From NCBI GenBank assembly GCA_048938295.1, contig JBHLMI010000005.1:1-32000 (forward strand): a stretch of 32,000 nucleotides of DNA. The letters are read 5' to 3'. The notes beneath the pieces were generated by a model. That model did not search any database. It saw only the letters and a list, made by a program, of their open reading frames with translations, and was not told where the DNA came from. Numbering within the stretch: position 1 is the stretch's first letter; each line of letters opens with the position of its first letter. Shown piece by piece: positions 1 through 7,773 of this stretch. The position numbers and the translations under genes are program-made. The DNA is from Promethearchaeota archaeon. Lineage in GTDB: Archaea > Asgardarchaeota > Hermodarchaeia > Hermodarchaeales > Hermodarchaeaceae.

Positions 1-273
1 CGTTCTGAAATTGATGAAGCCCATCAGATGTACGTCAGATGCCTTCAAGAAGCAGATGAGATGCGAAACCGATTGGAAGAACTGAAAGACCAAGAAAGGG
101 ACTTGAAAACCAAGTTGGACAAAATTCAGCAGGAACGTCAATCTGCACGTAAAGCCCGAGAGAAAGCAGCAATAAAGAAACTAGCAGAACTGGCTCGGGT
201 AAAACAGGAGTCCGGTCAGAAGCTGAGTCTACAGGAGCTCCGTGCCCTCATGGAAGCGGATGGGCTGAAATAA
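1..273 (+). CDS. Archaeal coiled-coil protein (COG1340-like), 5'-partial C-terminal fragment
   Basis: Frame is open from base 1 (RSEIDEAHQMY...). Heptad-like E/K/R-rich sequence ending ...ESGQKLSLQELRALMEADGLK, resembling the GxKLsxeel C-terminus of this family as recalled. Confidence 0.55.
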   Translation, partial: RSEIDEAHQMYVRCLQEADEMRNRLEELKDQERDLKTKLDKIQQERQSARKAREKAAIKKLAELARVKQESGQKLSLQELRALMEADGLK

Positions 274-291
274 CGTTTTTCTTAGGCTCTA

Positions 292-1305
292 TTAGAATGA
301 ACGTTGATAGATGAAATCAACAAGTGTCTTGAGTAGTTTCGTGGCCTCTTTGTTAGGAAAGAGGTCAATTGCGTTCTTAGCTCCATTAACGAGTTTTTTC
401 GCTTTGTCTCTGACGATGGTGCTAGCCTCAGTTTGTTTCAGCAGGGTGATTACTTTTTTCACATCAGATTCCGTGGGAGCTTTAGAACGGAGGATTCTAA
501 GAACGTAGTCGTGATCATCAGTTGACAAGAGTTGGAGAGCGTGTAAAATGACAACATTACCAAGTTTATGCTCATAGATATCCTTACCCAGTTTTTTCCC
601 AAGTTTTTCTTCTTCTGCAAACAGGTCTAACACATCGTCTGCCAATTGGAAGGCGATTCCGGCTTTCCAGCCAAATTCACGTGCAGCATGTTGGAGCTCC
701 TTTGATCCATTCGCGCAGATAACTCCCACCTCACAAGCGGCCCGAAGTAGAGCGGCCGTCTTATACCCAATCATCCTTTCGTAGTCTTCAAGGCTAACTT
801 CACGGAAGCGGTGTTTTTCAGTATATTCTTCATCGCTGGGAAACTGCTCGAACAGCACATCTAAGCGTTCTCCTTCGACTAATTCACGAATCGTATCGGC
901 AATTATCCGAGAGATTGCTTTGTGGTTAGGAGATTGTAGTGAGCCTTCTTCGATGGCTTCCCGGTAATGTGTTGATGCCAGGATTCCAAAATTCAAGCCG
1001 TATTTAGTCCATGTCGTGGGGAGATTTCGGCGAACATCAGCATCATCAATGATATCGTCTAAAATAAGCGAGTAATTGTGGACGAGCTCTATCGCAGCCG
1101 CTGTTGACAGGGCGTCTTCGATCCTTCCTCCCGTGGCTTCGCAAAAGAGAATTGTTAACGCGGGACGTATGCGTTTGCCACCAGCCTGTACTTGGTGGAA
1201 CACCACTTCTTGGAAATCGTTTGAAGCACCAGTGGCGAGAAGCTCAAGCATTTTCTTATCTACTTGAGACCCAACATCTCCAAGCATTTTCAATATATCT
1301 GACAC
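292..1305 (-). CDS. idsA: Short-chain polyprenyl diphosphate synthase (GGPP synthase type)
   Basis: GGKRIRP, FARM DDIIDDADVRR, KTA, SARM FQLADDVLD, GKDIYEHK. Tyr at position -5 before the FARM indicates a short-chain product. Confidence 0.9.
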   Translation of the reverse strand: MSDILKMLGDVGSQVDKKMLELLATGASNDFQEVVFHQVQAGGKRIRPALTILFCEATGGRIEDALSTAAAIELVHNYSLILDDIIDDADVRRNLPTTWTKYGLNFGILASTHYREAIEEGSLQSPNHKAISRIIADTIRELVEGERLDVLFEQFPSDEEYTEKHRFREVSLEDYERMIGYKTAALLRAACEVGVICANGSKELQHAAREFGWKAGIAFQLADDVLDLFAEEEKLGKKLGKDIYEHKLGNVVILHALQLLSTDDHDYVLRILRSKAPTESDVKKVITLLKQTEASTIVRDKAKKLVNGAKNAIDLFPNKEATKLLKTLVDFIYQRSF

Positions 1306-1419
1306 ATTCTTTCACCAACGGTTGCATGGTCAGCTCCTATGGTTTAGGATTTTAAGGCTTTTTCTAACCATAATTCAAAGGAGATTATTAATTTCTCTTC
1401 AAAGTCGCTAGCCTTCCTA

Positions 1420-2322
1420 TTATCCAAGACCTCGTCGTTTAGCTTGGAGACAAAGAAAAGAGGTGACTATTCTTGCGGCAGCAATGGCAGTAATACCTTG
1501 ATCGTATTGCGGAGCCACTTCGGTGATATCAAAGACCACGGACCGAGGAGCGATTACCCGAAGAATGGTCAGTAGTTCGGAAGTAGTTAACCCGCCAGCT
1601 TCAGGATTTCCAACAGCTGGAGCATAAGCGGGATCAAGAACATCAATATCAATGGAAATGTAGATTGGAGGTCCCGGCGGGATGGCATCATTGATTCTGT
1701 GAGCAATTTCAGCAGCCCCTTCTTTTCGGATTGCATTACAGGTATAGAAGGTGATTTCTTGTTTGTTAGCGTACTCGATTTCTTCTTTTGAAACTGCACG
1801 GATACCGATTTGGATAAGGTGATCGGGCCCTAGTTGTTCGACGATGCGCCGTTGGACACAGGCATGAGAAAACTCTTGGTCATTGAACTTATCGCGTAAA
1901 TCCATATGAGCATCAAATTGTAGCAGCACGATGTCACGAGGAAGCGCACGAATCGCCGCCAATGTGAGAGTGTGTTCTCCACCCAGCAAGATAGGAATCT
2001 TCTCACTCTGGATGATTTGCGACACCACAGACTCTACAGCCATAAGCATACTTTGAACTGTACCAGATTCAATATTCACATCACCGATGTCAGCGATTGG
2101 AAGTAGAGCGGCATCAACAGCGATTTCTTCTTGGAGACAATAACTTTCAATTGCTTGTGAGGCAGTTCGAATAGCTGTAGGACCTTGTTTTGCACCCTGC
2201 CGGTAGGTACTGGTTTTGTCAAATGGAATTCCAAAGATGACAAATGTGGCAGATGTGAAGTCCACTGGTGCGCCAAAGAAGGTGTTAACTACAGGGGTGA
2301 CACCTTGTATGTTCATTTTCAT
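1420..2322 (-). CDS. speB: Agmatinase (ureohydrolase/arginase family)
   Basis: GIPFDKTSTYRQGA, GGEH, DAHMD, DIDVLDPAYAP and EAGG metal-binding motifs. Confidence 0.9.
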   Translation of the reverse strand: MKMNIQGVTPVVNTFFGAPVDFTSATFVIFGIPFDKTSTYRQGAKQGPTAIRTASQAIESYCLQEEIAVDAALLPIADIGDVNIESGTVQSMLMAVESVVSQIIQSEKIPILLGGEHTLTLAAIRALPRDIVLLQFDAHMDLRDKFNDQEFSHACVQRRIVEQLGPDHLIQIGIRAVSKEEIEYANKQEITFYTCNAIRKEGAAEIAHRINDAIPPGPPIYISIDIDVLDPAYAPAVGNPEAGGLTTSELLTILRVIAPRSVVFDITEVAPQYDQGITAIAAARIVTSFLCLQAKRRGLG

Positions 2323-2376
2323 CCCTCAATTGAACTGAGCGTACAACTGCTATTTGGGTCTTCTCGTCCTCGGATT

Positions 2377-3600
2377 TCAGATGAGATTTTTTGGAAGTTT
2401 TAAATCAAGATTGGAAATTCGAGTCTTAAGAGTTGAGGGAGTATGACTTTCAAAGTAGAGAGCTTTGATAAACTCGTCTAAGAGATTGGCTTCCTGGGCT
2501 GCACTATAGAAGCCCTGAACCAACCACGCCCCTACCAAGTAGGTGTATCCGTAGGGACCCCAAATAGAATCGGTCATAAATGGGATACGAGCTTCAGCAT
2601 ATGCAGTCTCATAGGCACCCATATCTTTGAGATAATCGACGACCTCGAGTTCACTGCGTTGTTCTTGCTGAATCATTACAAGGGCATTGATCCCGACAGC
2701 TCGTCTTAATTGCATCAGATAGTTGGAAACGGTTTCGGGTTTCGTTAAAGGTCGGACTGAACTTAGAATATCTGTTCCTGCCTCAGCTAAACCTTCCGCG
2801 ATTGTGCATTCAGGAGTGTTAATGATGGCAATCGTTGATTCAAGGTTGTGTGTTCCGCTATGGTAGCCAGACTCTTGTTGAACCAGTTGGGTTTGATGTC
2901 CAGGATACGTTTCATGGGTTACCCATTTCCAAATGGTATACTTGCTTCGAGGAAGTGCGATGTTAATTTCTATGATTGCCCTGTAATTCCCCTGATAATG
3001 GTTATACGCACTCCATGGAGCTTCATCAATGGCGCGAAATTCGACCCCTTCTTGCTCTGGAAGTGTGAAAAGCAGTTTCTGAGTAGCCTTCCGAGCTTCC
3101 AGAGCCACCTCCTCTGCTAGAGGAATAATCTCAGCCCCCTTTGTCATTGCTCGGTTTCTCCATCGAGTTGCCATAGAAGTCAGATCACCTGTCAAAACTT
3201 CATTCCGAAGGGCTCGAGACGCTTGTTCTGTTAACTCATCAATGCGTTCGCTCGAGATCGTTACGACATCAACATTCAATCCAATTTTAACTCGTTCTTG
3301 AAATGTCACAGGTTCCTCTAGCCCATATTGTACAAGAAGCTTCAAAGCATCCGATTGACGCAACAGATAAGACCGGCGTGGCTCGTCGCGAATTTGCTTC
3401 TTCACATTGACTTGAAATCGTTTAATCAAGCTTAGCAAACCGTCGGGGTCAACCACAGATTTCTCGGGCTTTAATTCTGAAGGGCCAAAATAGCTATCTA
3501 CAATAATAGTATCAGGCCCAATTTCCTGCTTGAGAAAATGATCAATTTTGAATCCGAGATAGATATAGGTTTCACCGATTTCAGAAAGGTTCTGTGTCAA
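2377..3600 (-). CDS. DUF885-like putative metalloprotein
   Basis: 407-aa ORF with HETYPGH and EGLAE motifs typical of DUF885. TTG start overlaps the upstream GTPase gene by 20 nt. Confidence 0.6.
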   Translation of the reverse strand: MTQNLSEIGETYIYLGFKIDHFLKQEIGPDTIIVDSYFGPSELKPEKSVVDPDGLLSLIKRFQVNVKKQIRDEPRRSYLLRQSDALKLLVQYGLEEPVTFQERVKIGLNVDVVTISSERIDELTEQASRALRNEVLTGDLTSMATRWRNRAMTKGAEIIPLAEEVALEARKATQKLLFTLPEQEGVEFRAIDEAPWSAYNHYQGNYRAIIEINIALPRSKYTIWKWVTHETYPGHQTQLVQQESGYHSGTHNLESTIAIINTPECTIAEGLAEAGTDILSSVRPLTKPETVSNYLMQLRRAVGINALVMIQQEQRSELEVVDYLKDMGAYETAYAEARIPFMTDSIWGPYGYTYLVGAWLVQGFYSAAQEANLLDEFIKALYFESHTPSTLKTRISNLDLKLPKNLI

Positions 3601-4192
3601 CGCTTTTCGCCTCAGGAAAGAGCTTATCCATTAACTGCGTGGCTAAGTCTTGGAATGCCTCATTGACGTTGCGGCCGTCTAAAGCACTAGTTTCGTAATA
3701 CTTTCCTTGAATTCGATCAGTAGCTTGTTTTGCGGCATATTCGGAGACCTCTCGATCGTGTTCTAAATCAACCTTATTTCCTAACACAACGCGTATGAAA
3801 TCGTTCCCAAGGATGGCTTTGACCTCATCTAGCCACTTGGTTTCAATTGCAGCAGCCGATGAAGCGCGGGTTGTGTCAAACACAAAAATTACGGCATTGG
3901 ATCCGGTGTAGTAGCGCTGGCGGAGAGGTTGGAATCGTTCTTGACCACCGGTATCAAATAGCTGCAATTTCAGTTTTCGCCCCCTTACATCGACTATCTT
4001 GGTCACAATGTTGACTCCAATGCTAGGTTTGTAATCATGGTCGAATGTATTTTCAGCAAATCGGCGAATTAGGCTAGTTTTACCAACTCCCCAATCACCA
4101 ACAATCACAACTTTGACGACATAACCAGCTTTGGGGGGTTTCTCTATTTCAACCGTGATTGATTCAGCGCTGGAATTAGAAATATACCTCAC
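3581..4192 (-). CDS. Rab-like small GTPase (Ras superfamily)
   Basis: G1 GDWGVGKTS, G2 YKPSIG, G3 DTGGQE, G4 NKVD, G5 ETSA. RabF-like segments IGVNI, KLQLF, RFQPL, YYTGS. No C-terminal Cys. Confidence 0.92.
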   Translation of the reverse strand: MRYISNSSAESITVEIEKPPKAGYVVKVVIVGDWGVGKTSLIRRFAENTFDHDYKPSIGVNIVTKIVDVRGRKLKLQLFDTGGQERFQPLRQRYYTGSNAVIFVFDTTRASSAAAIETKWLDEVKAILGNDFIRVVLGNKVDLEHDREVSEYAAKQATDRIQGKYYETSALDGRNVNEAFQDLATQLMDKLFPEAKSVDTEPF

Positions 4193-4289
4193 CTCAATAA
4201 ATCACTGTATTGAAGCTTATGTAAGAGCTTTCCGTACCATATAACCTCAACTCATGATATGGTTCTTAGAAAAGCTTTGGATAATTAGA

Positions 4290-4400
4290 GAAGGAAGCGA
4301 AGGTACCTTCGGAAAAAGTGGGAGGTTGGGGAGGGGGAGCGAGGGGAGGGCGAGGAACGATGCGGACACAACATTACATCTATTTCCCTTCGCTTCCTTC
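4290..4400 (-). ncRNA. Candidate structured leader or small RNA closed by a perfect 14-bp stem
   Basis: 4290-4303 gaaggaagcgaagg is the exact reverse complement of 4387-4400 ccttcgcttccttc. A minus-strand TATA (TTTAAATA, 4429-4422) is centred about 26 nt upstream of 4400. Confidence 0.4.
4320..4350 (+). other. Putative G-quadruplex-forming tract
   Basis: GGG-aggtt-GGGG-a-GGGGG-agcga-GGGG-a-GGG: five G-runs of 3 or more with loops of 5, 1, 5 and 1 nt. Confidence 0.6.
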
Positions 4401-4421
4401 ACAAAGGGCATTTGAGGACAT

Positions 4422-4429
4422 TATTTAAA
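4422..4429 (-). promoter_or_regulatory. Putative archaeal TATA box (TTTAAATA)
   Basis: Consensus-like box on the minus strand, upstream of the structured leader and the Rab-like gene. Confidence 0.45.
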
Positions 4430-4511
4430 CTCCCCGCTGGATAAGAAAAATTACGGACTCTTTTTCCTCTCTTACTGACAAACCTTGCATCCCATCTGCA
4501 AGCTGAGGGCA

Positions 4512-4533
4512 AAAAGAGTTAAACTACTCTTTT
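4512..4533 (-). terminator. Hairpin overlapping the stop codon of the Lrp/AsnC gene; possible terminator
   Basis: 8-bp inverted repeat aaaagagt/actctttt with a 6-nt loop; the minus strand ends in a T run. Confidence 0.3.
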
Positions 4534-4772
4534 CGAACACTATGCGAAATCATCAGGGTCAGGGTCTCTTTTACTCCATCAGTAGGGCGGAGTTTCTTGA
4601 AGATGAAGTTATTCAATTGTTCTTCGTCAGCAACCTCGATGAGACAGAAGATGTCATGGATTCCATAGACGGAGGAAATCTCTTTCACAACAGGTAAATC
4701 TTTCAATGAATCAAATACGGTATCAGTGAGGGGGGGATCAACATCAATAAGAATAATCGCTTTGAGGGTCAT
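4524..4772 (-). CDS. Stand-alone Lrp/AsnC ligand-binding (RAM) domain protein
   Basis: MTLKAIILIDV...VYGIHDIFCLIEV...IFKKLRPTDGVKETLTL matches the AsnC C-terminal domain. No HTH. ATG 4772 is preferred over the ORF-track start at 4787. Confidence 0.85.
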   Translation of the reverse strand: MTLKAIILIDVDPPLTDTVFDSLKDLPVVKEISSVYGIHDIFCLIEVADEEQLNNFIFKKLRPTDGVKETLTLMISHSVRKE

Positions 4773-4975
4773 GGCTAGAGGCCCCAAGTAATAGTTGTTC
4801 GACCATTCAGTTCCTGCTAATGTTCCTTATAAGCATTCTAGCCAAGTACTTTTCGACAGTTCAGTCGAGAGTTAAATCATTGAGATGAAATATGAAAAAC
4901 TTCAAAACATAAGAGGTGTATTGGGTTTCATCCTCTCTTGAAGAATCAGGATGATAGTGCCTCATTCACAAAATT

Positions 4976-6670
4976 GTGGAGGGAATACACTTGACTCTAA
5001 CCAAAGCTGACAAAATCGTTGTAACGTGCGGCCTACCTTATGCAAACGGTACAGCTCACATCGGTCACTTGCGCACCTATATTCCTGGCGATGCCTACGT
5101 AAGGTACCTGAAACTCTTTGGCTATGATGTGATATTCTTTTGTGGATCCGATGCACATGGGGCACCCATTGAACTTGCAGCAGAGCAAGCTGGAATCACA
5201 CCTCAAAAGTTAGTTGAAAAATATCACACACACTTTGAAAACATCTTCAAGAAGCTGAATATTGGTGTTGATCTGTACGGGAATACAGAAGCCCCCTACC
5301 ATTACAAACGTGCTCAAACCATTATCCGTACCCTCGAGGAGAACGGGTATGTTGAAACCCGCGAAGTAGCTTTACCATACTGCAACACCTGTCAGACCTT
5401 CCTCGCTGACCGCTTCCTCGTTGGCACTTGCCCCTATTGTGGAGCGATAGCTCGTGGAGATGAATGTGACCAAGGGTGTCAGCGCTACCTTGATGCTGAT
5501 CAGTTGATCAACCCACGCTGTGTCACCTGTGGATCACCTGCCATCAAACGCCAGGCTCGACATCATTTCTTTAAGCTCTCAATGTTCACTGATTTTCTTA
5601 CGAAGTTTAATAAAAAATTGAAAGGTACCGCATTAGCTCGAAACTACGCTTTAGGTTGGATTCGGCAAGGACTTAAGGATTGGGGTATCTCCCGTAATTT
5701 GAAATGGGGAATCCCTTATCCGGGTGATGAGGATCTGGTTCTTTACGTATGGGCTGAAAACTATGCAGGGTACATCTCATTTACGGAGGAATGGGCCAGG
5801 CAAACTGGAGCTGATTGGGAAAATTATTGGATTCGAGATGGAAAAATCATCAACTTCATCGGTGCAGATATCGTATACCACCATGCAGTCTTTTGGCCTG
5901 CAATTCTCAAAGGAGTAAACTACAATACCGCCTATGCAATCGTTGCCAGCGGTATGGTCAAGGTTGAAGGGCATGGTCTCTCCAAGAGTCGCGGCTTCGT
6001 AATTGATATCGAAGAAGATTTTGTCAAACAGGGACTTGATTTGGATGCTGTGCGATACTACATTCTTTCATACACGGGATACACGAAGGACCTGGATTTT
6101 GTTTGGAAGGACTTTCAACTCAGAGTAAATAATGAACTTGTTGGCATTCTGGGTAACTACGCCTATCGTGTTCTCCTGTTCAATCACAAACATTTCAAAA
6201 AAATTCCGCAAGGAGCCCTAACAGATGAGATCACCAATCAGATTCGTGATACCATTAAAACGATTAAAAAAGCATTTCACAACTTCCGATTTAAAGAAGC
6301 TGCCGATGCTGCGATGCTCCTTGCTTCGTTTGGGAACACACTTTTCCAACAATGTGAACCCTGGAAGACGATCAAAGTAGAGCCTAACCGTGCCGAAAAT
6401 GACCTATATCAATGTCTCCAAGTATTGAAAGCCATCACAATTCTAATCGAACCTGTAATGCCAGCAATCTCTGAAAGGTTGTGGCAACAACTTGGTCAAG
6501 AAGGAAACATCCATGAGGTGAAGGTGGAAGAGTGTACAGAACCACTTTTTCCAGGCACGAAACTGCCCAAGCCAGAAGTGCTATTCACAAAGATACCTGA
6601 CGAAGCTGTTGCTGTATTAACTGTCGGATTGAACCAGCGTATTGAATCGGCGAGGGCAAAAGCCAAGTAA
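4976..6670 (+). CDS. metG: Methionyl-tRNA synthetase (no C-terminal OB/Trbp111 domain)
   Basis: GLPYANGTAHIGH (HIGH motif), GSDAHG, Zn-knuckle CxxC pairs, DWGISR, GADIVYHH, LSKSRG (KMSKS variant), NNELVGILGN anticodon-binding motif. Confidence 0.96.
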   Translation: MEGIHLTLTKADKIVVTCGLPYANGTAHIGHLRTYIPGDAYVRYLKLFGYDVIFFCGSDAHGAPIELAAEQAGITPQKLVEKYHTHFENIFKKLNIGVDLYGNTEAPYHYKRAQTIIRTLEENGYVETREVALPYCNTCQTFLADRFLVGTCPYCGAIARGDECDQGCQRYLDADQLINPRCVTCGSPAIKRQARHHFFKLSMFTDFLTKFNKKLKGTALARNYALGWIRQGLKDWGISRNLKWGIPYPGDEDLVLYVWAENYAGYISFTEEWARQTGADWENYWIRDGKIINFIGADIVYHHAVFWPAILKGVNYNTAYAIVASGMVKVEGHGLSKSRGFVIDIEEDFVKQGLDLDAVRYYILSYTGYTKDLDFVWKDFQLRVNNELVGILGNYAYRVLLFNHKHFKKIPQGALTDEITNQIRDTIKTIKKAFHNFRFKEAADAAMLLASFGNTLFQQCEPWKTIKVEPNRAENDLYQCLQVLKAITILIEPVMPAISERLWQQLGQEGNIHEVKVEECTEPLFPGTKLPKPEVLFTKIPDEAVAVLTVGLNQRIESARAKAK

Positions 6671-6689
6671 CTCTTTTCAGCATAATTTC

Positions 6690-6722
6690 TTAGCCTGTTG
6701 TCTAAACAACCTCTCATTATGC
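6690..6722 (+). repeat. 33-bp imperfect direct repeat, copy 1 (upstream of flavodoxin)
   Basis: ttagcctgttgtctaaacaacctctcattatgc; 28/33 identical to 7325-7357; contains GTTGT-N4-ACAAC. Confidence 0.85.
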
Positions 6723-6755
6723 TAATACTAAATTAAATAAAAAGCCCCCCTGAGC

Positions 6756-6763
6756 TATTTAAG
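6756..6763 (+). promoter_or_regulatory. Putative TATA box for a leaderless flavodoxin mRNA
   Basis: TATTTAAG centred about 27 nt upstream of ATG 6786. Confidence 0.35.
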
Positions 6764-6785
6764 CAGGTAATTAAGAATGGTGGCT

Positions 6786-7328
6786 ATGAAGATTTTAATT
6801 GCCTATTATAGTGAAACGGGGAATACTGCGCAAGTGGCGCAGGCGATGTATGAAGCGTTGTCAAAGGATCATGATGTAGTATTGATGACAGTGCAAGAGG
6901 TTTCTTTTGATCTCTTACTTGGTTTCGAGTTGGTGTTTTTGGGTGCAGCGGTCCATGATTCGGATTTAGCTAAGCCGTTGAAGCGGTTGTTGGAAGTTTT
7001 ACCCATGAATCCTTCTTTCAAGTTAGCGGGATTTTCAACACATGCTGTTTATGAGCCGGATGGCTCGTCGCACAAAGATGCATTGTATGAGCAGTGGGCG
7101 GGTCGATGTTTGCCCTCCTTTAAAGTTGCTTGTCGGGAAAAGAGCATTCAGTTTCTCGGTTATTTTCATTGTCAAGGAGTTCCCTCAGAGCCGATTGAAA
7201 GGTTTATTCATCGAGAAATCATTACATCCAAAGAGGAATGGAATGAATACTTACCTGAATTACGGAAGCACCCAACCCCAGAAGATTTACAGAACGCGAA
7301 AGATTTTGCACGCAAGATGATCAATTAG
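6786..7328 (+). CDS. Flavodoxin-family protein
   Basis: MKILIAYYSETGNTAQVAQAM FMN-binding loop, LVFLGAAV, LAGFSTH, FLGYFHCQG and C-terminal HPTPEDLQNAKDFA. The alternative start is 6777. Confidence 0.85.
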   Translation: MKILIAYYSETGNTAQVAQAMYEALSKDHDVVLMTVQEVSFDLLLGFELVFLGAAVHDSDLAKPLKRLLEVLPMNPSFKLAGFSTHAVYEPDGSSHKDALYEQWAGRCLPSFKVACREKSIQFLGYFHCQGVPSEPIERFIHREIITSKEEWNEYLPELRKHPTPEDLQNAKDFARKMIN

Positions 7329-7357
7329 CCTGTTGTTCACACAACCTCATATTATGC
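7325..7357 (+). repeat. 33-bp imperfect direct repeat, copy 2 (overlaps the flavodoxin stop codon)
   Basis: ttagcctgttgttcacacaacctcatattatgc; 28/33 identical to 6690-6722. Confidence 0.85.
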
Positions 7358-7429
7358 CACTCATATTAGTGGTATTCCAATAGTCGAAACATTCATCCCG
7401 CATTCTATTTGGAATCGGGAATAACGTTA

Positions 7430-7630
7430 ATGACGAAACTGATTTTACCTTTCAATCTCTTTATGATATGTTGAGGAATCATTCTGGTTAGTGGTAGAGC
7501 CTACCACGGAATCACTTCTAAGAGGAAGGAATGGTGGGTTCTTGAAAGTGCTGACCATCCTATTATGAATAGTGGAGAACACAAACAAGAACTATTTATT
7601 CAAACTATTACTTTCCTTGAAACCATCTAA
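7430..7630 (+). pseudogene. Remnant of an alpha/beta-hydrolase (esterase/lipase) C-terminus
   Basis: Manual translation: MTKLILPFNLFMIC*GIILVSGRAYHGITSKRKEWWVLESADHPIMNSGEHKQELFIQTITFLETI*. This resembles the carboxylesterase C-terminal pattern around the catalytic His. There is an in-frame TGA at 7472-7474 and the N-terminus is absent. Confidence 0.5.
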
Positions 7631-7773
7631 CTCAACCCTCTTCATCTGTTCCATCCCTTTTTTCGAATAAGTTAAACTCTATTTTTTTGGGCTCATTGCA
7701 ACTAAAGGATTTTATACGCTCGAAATACTGTCTTACCAGGCTTGCATAACTTAATGGAATGGAGAAAAAGATC

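Noticed and set aside
4928-4954. 7-bp hairpin tcatcct/aggatga upstream of metG as a T-box or riboswitch
   Set aside because: Too short, with no T-box or S-box consensus; could be chance.
6690-7357. The 33-bp repeats as a CRISPR array
   Set aside because: Only two copies, 635 bp apart and enclosing a gene; no spacer periodicity and no cas genes.
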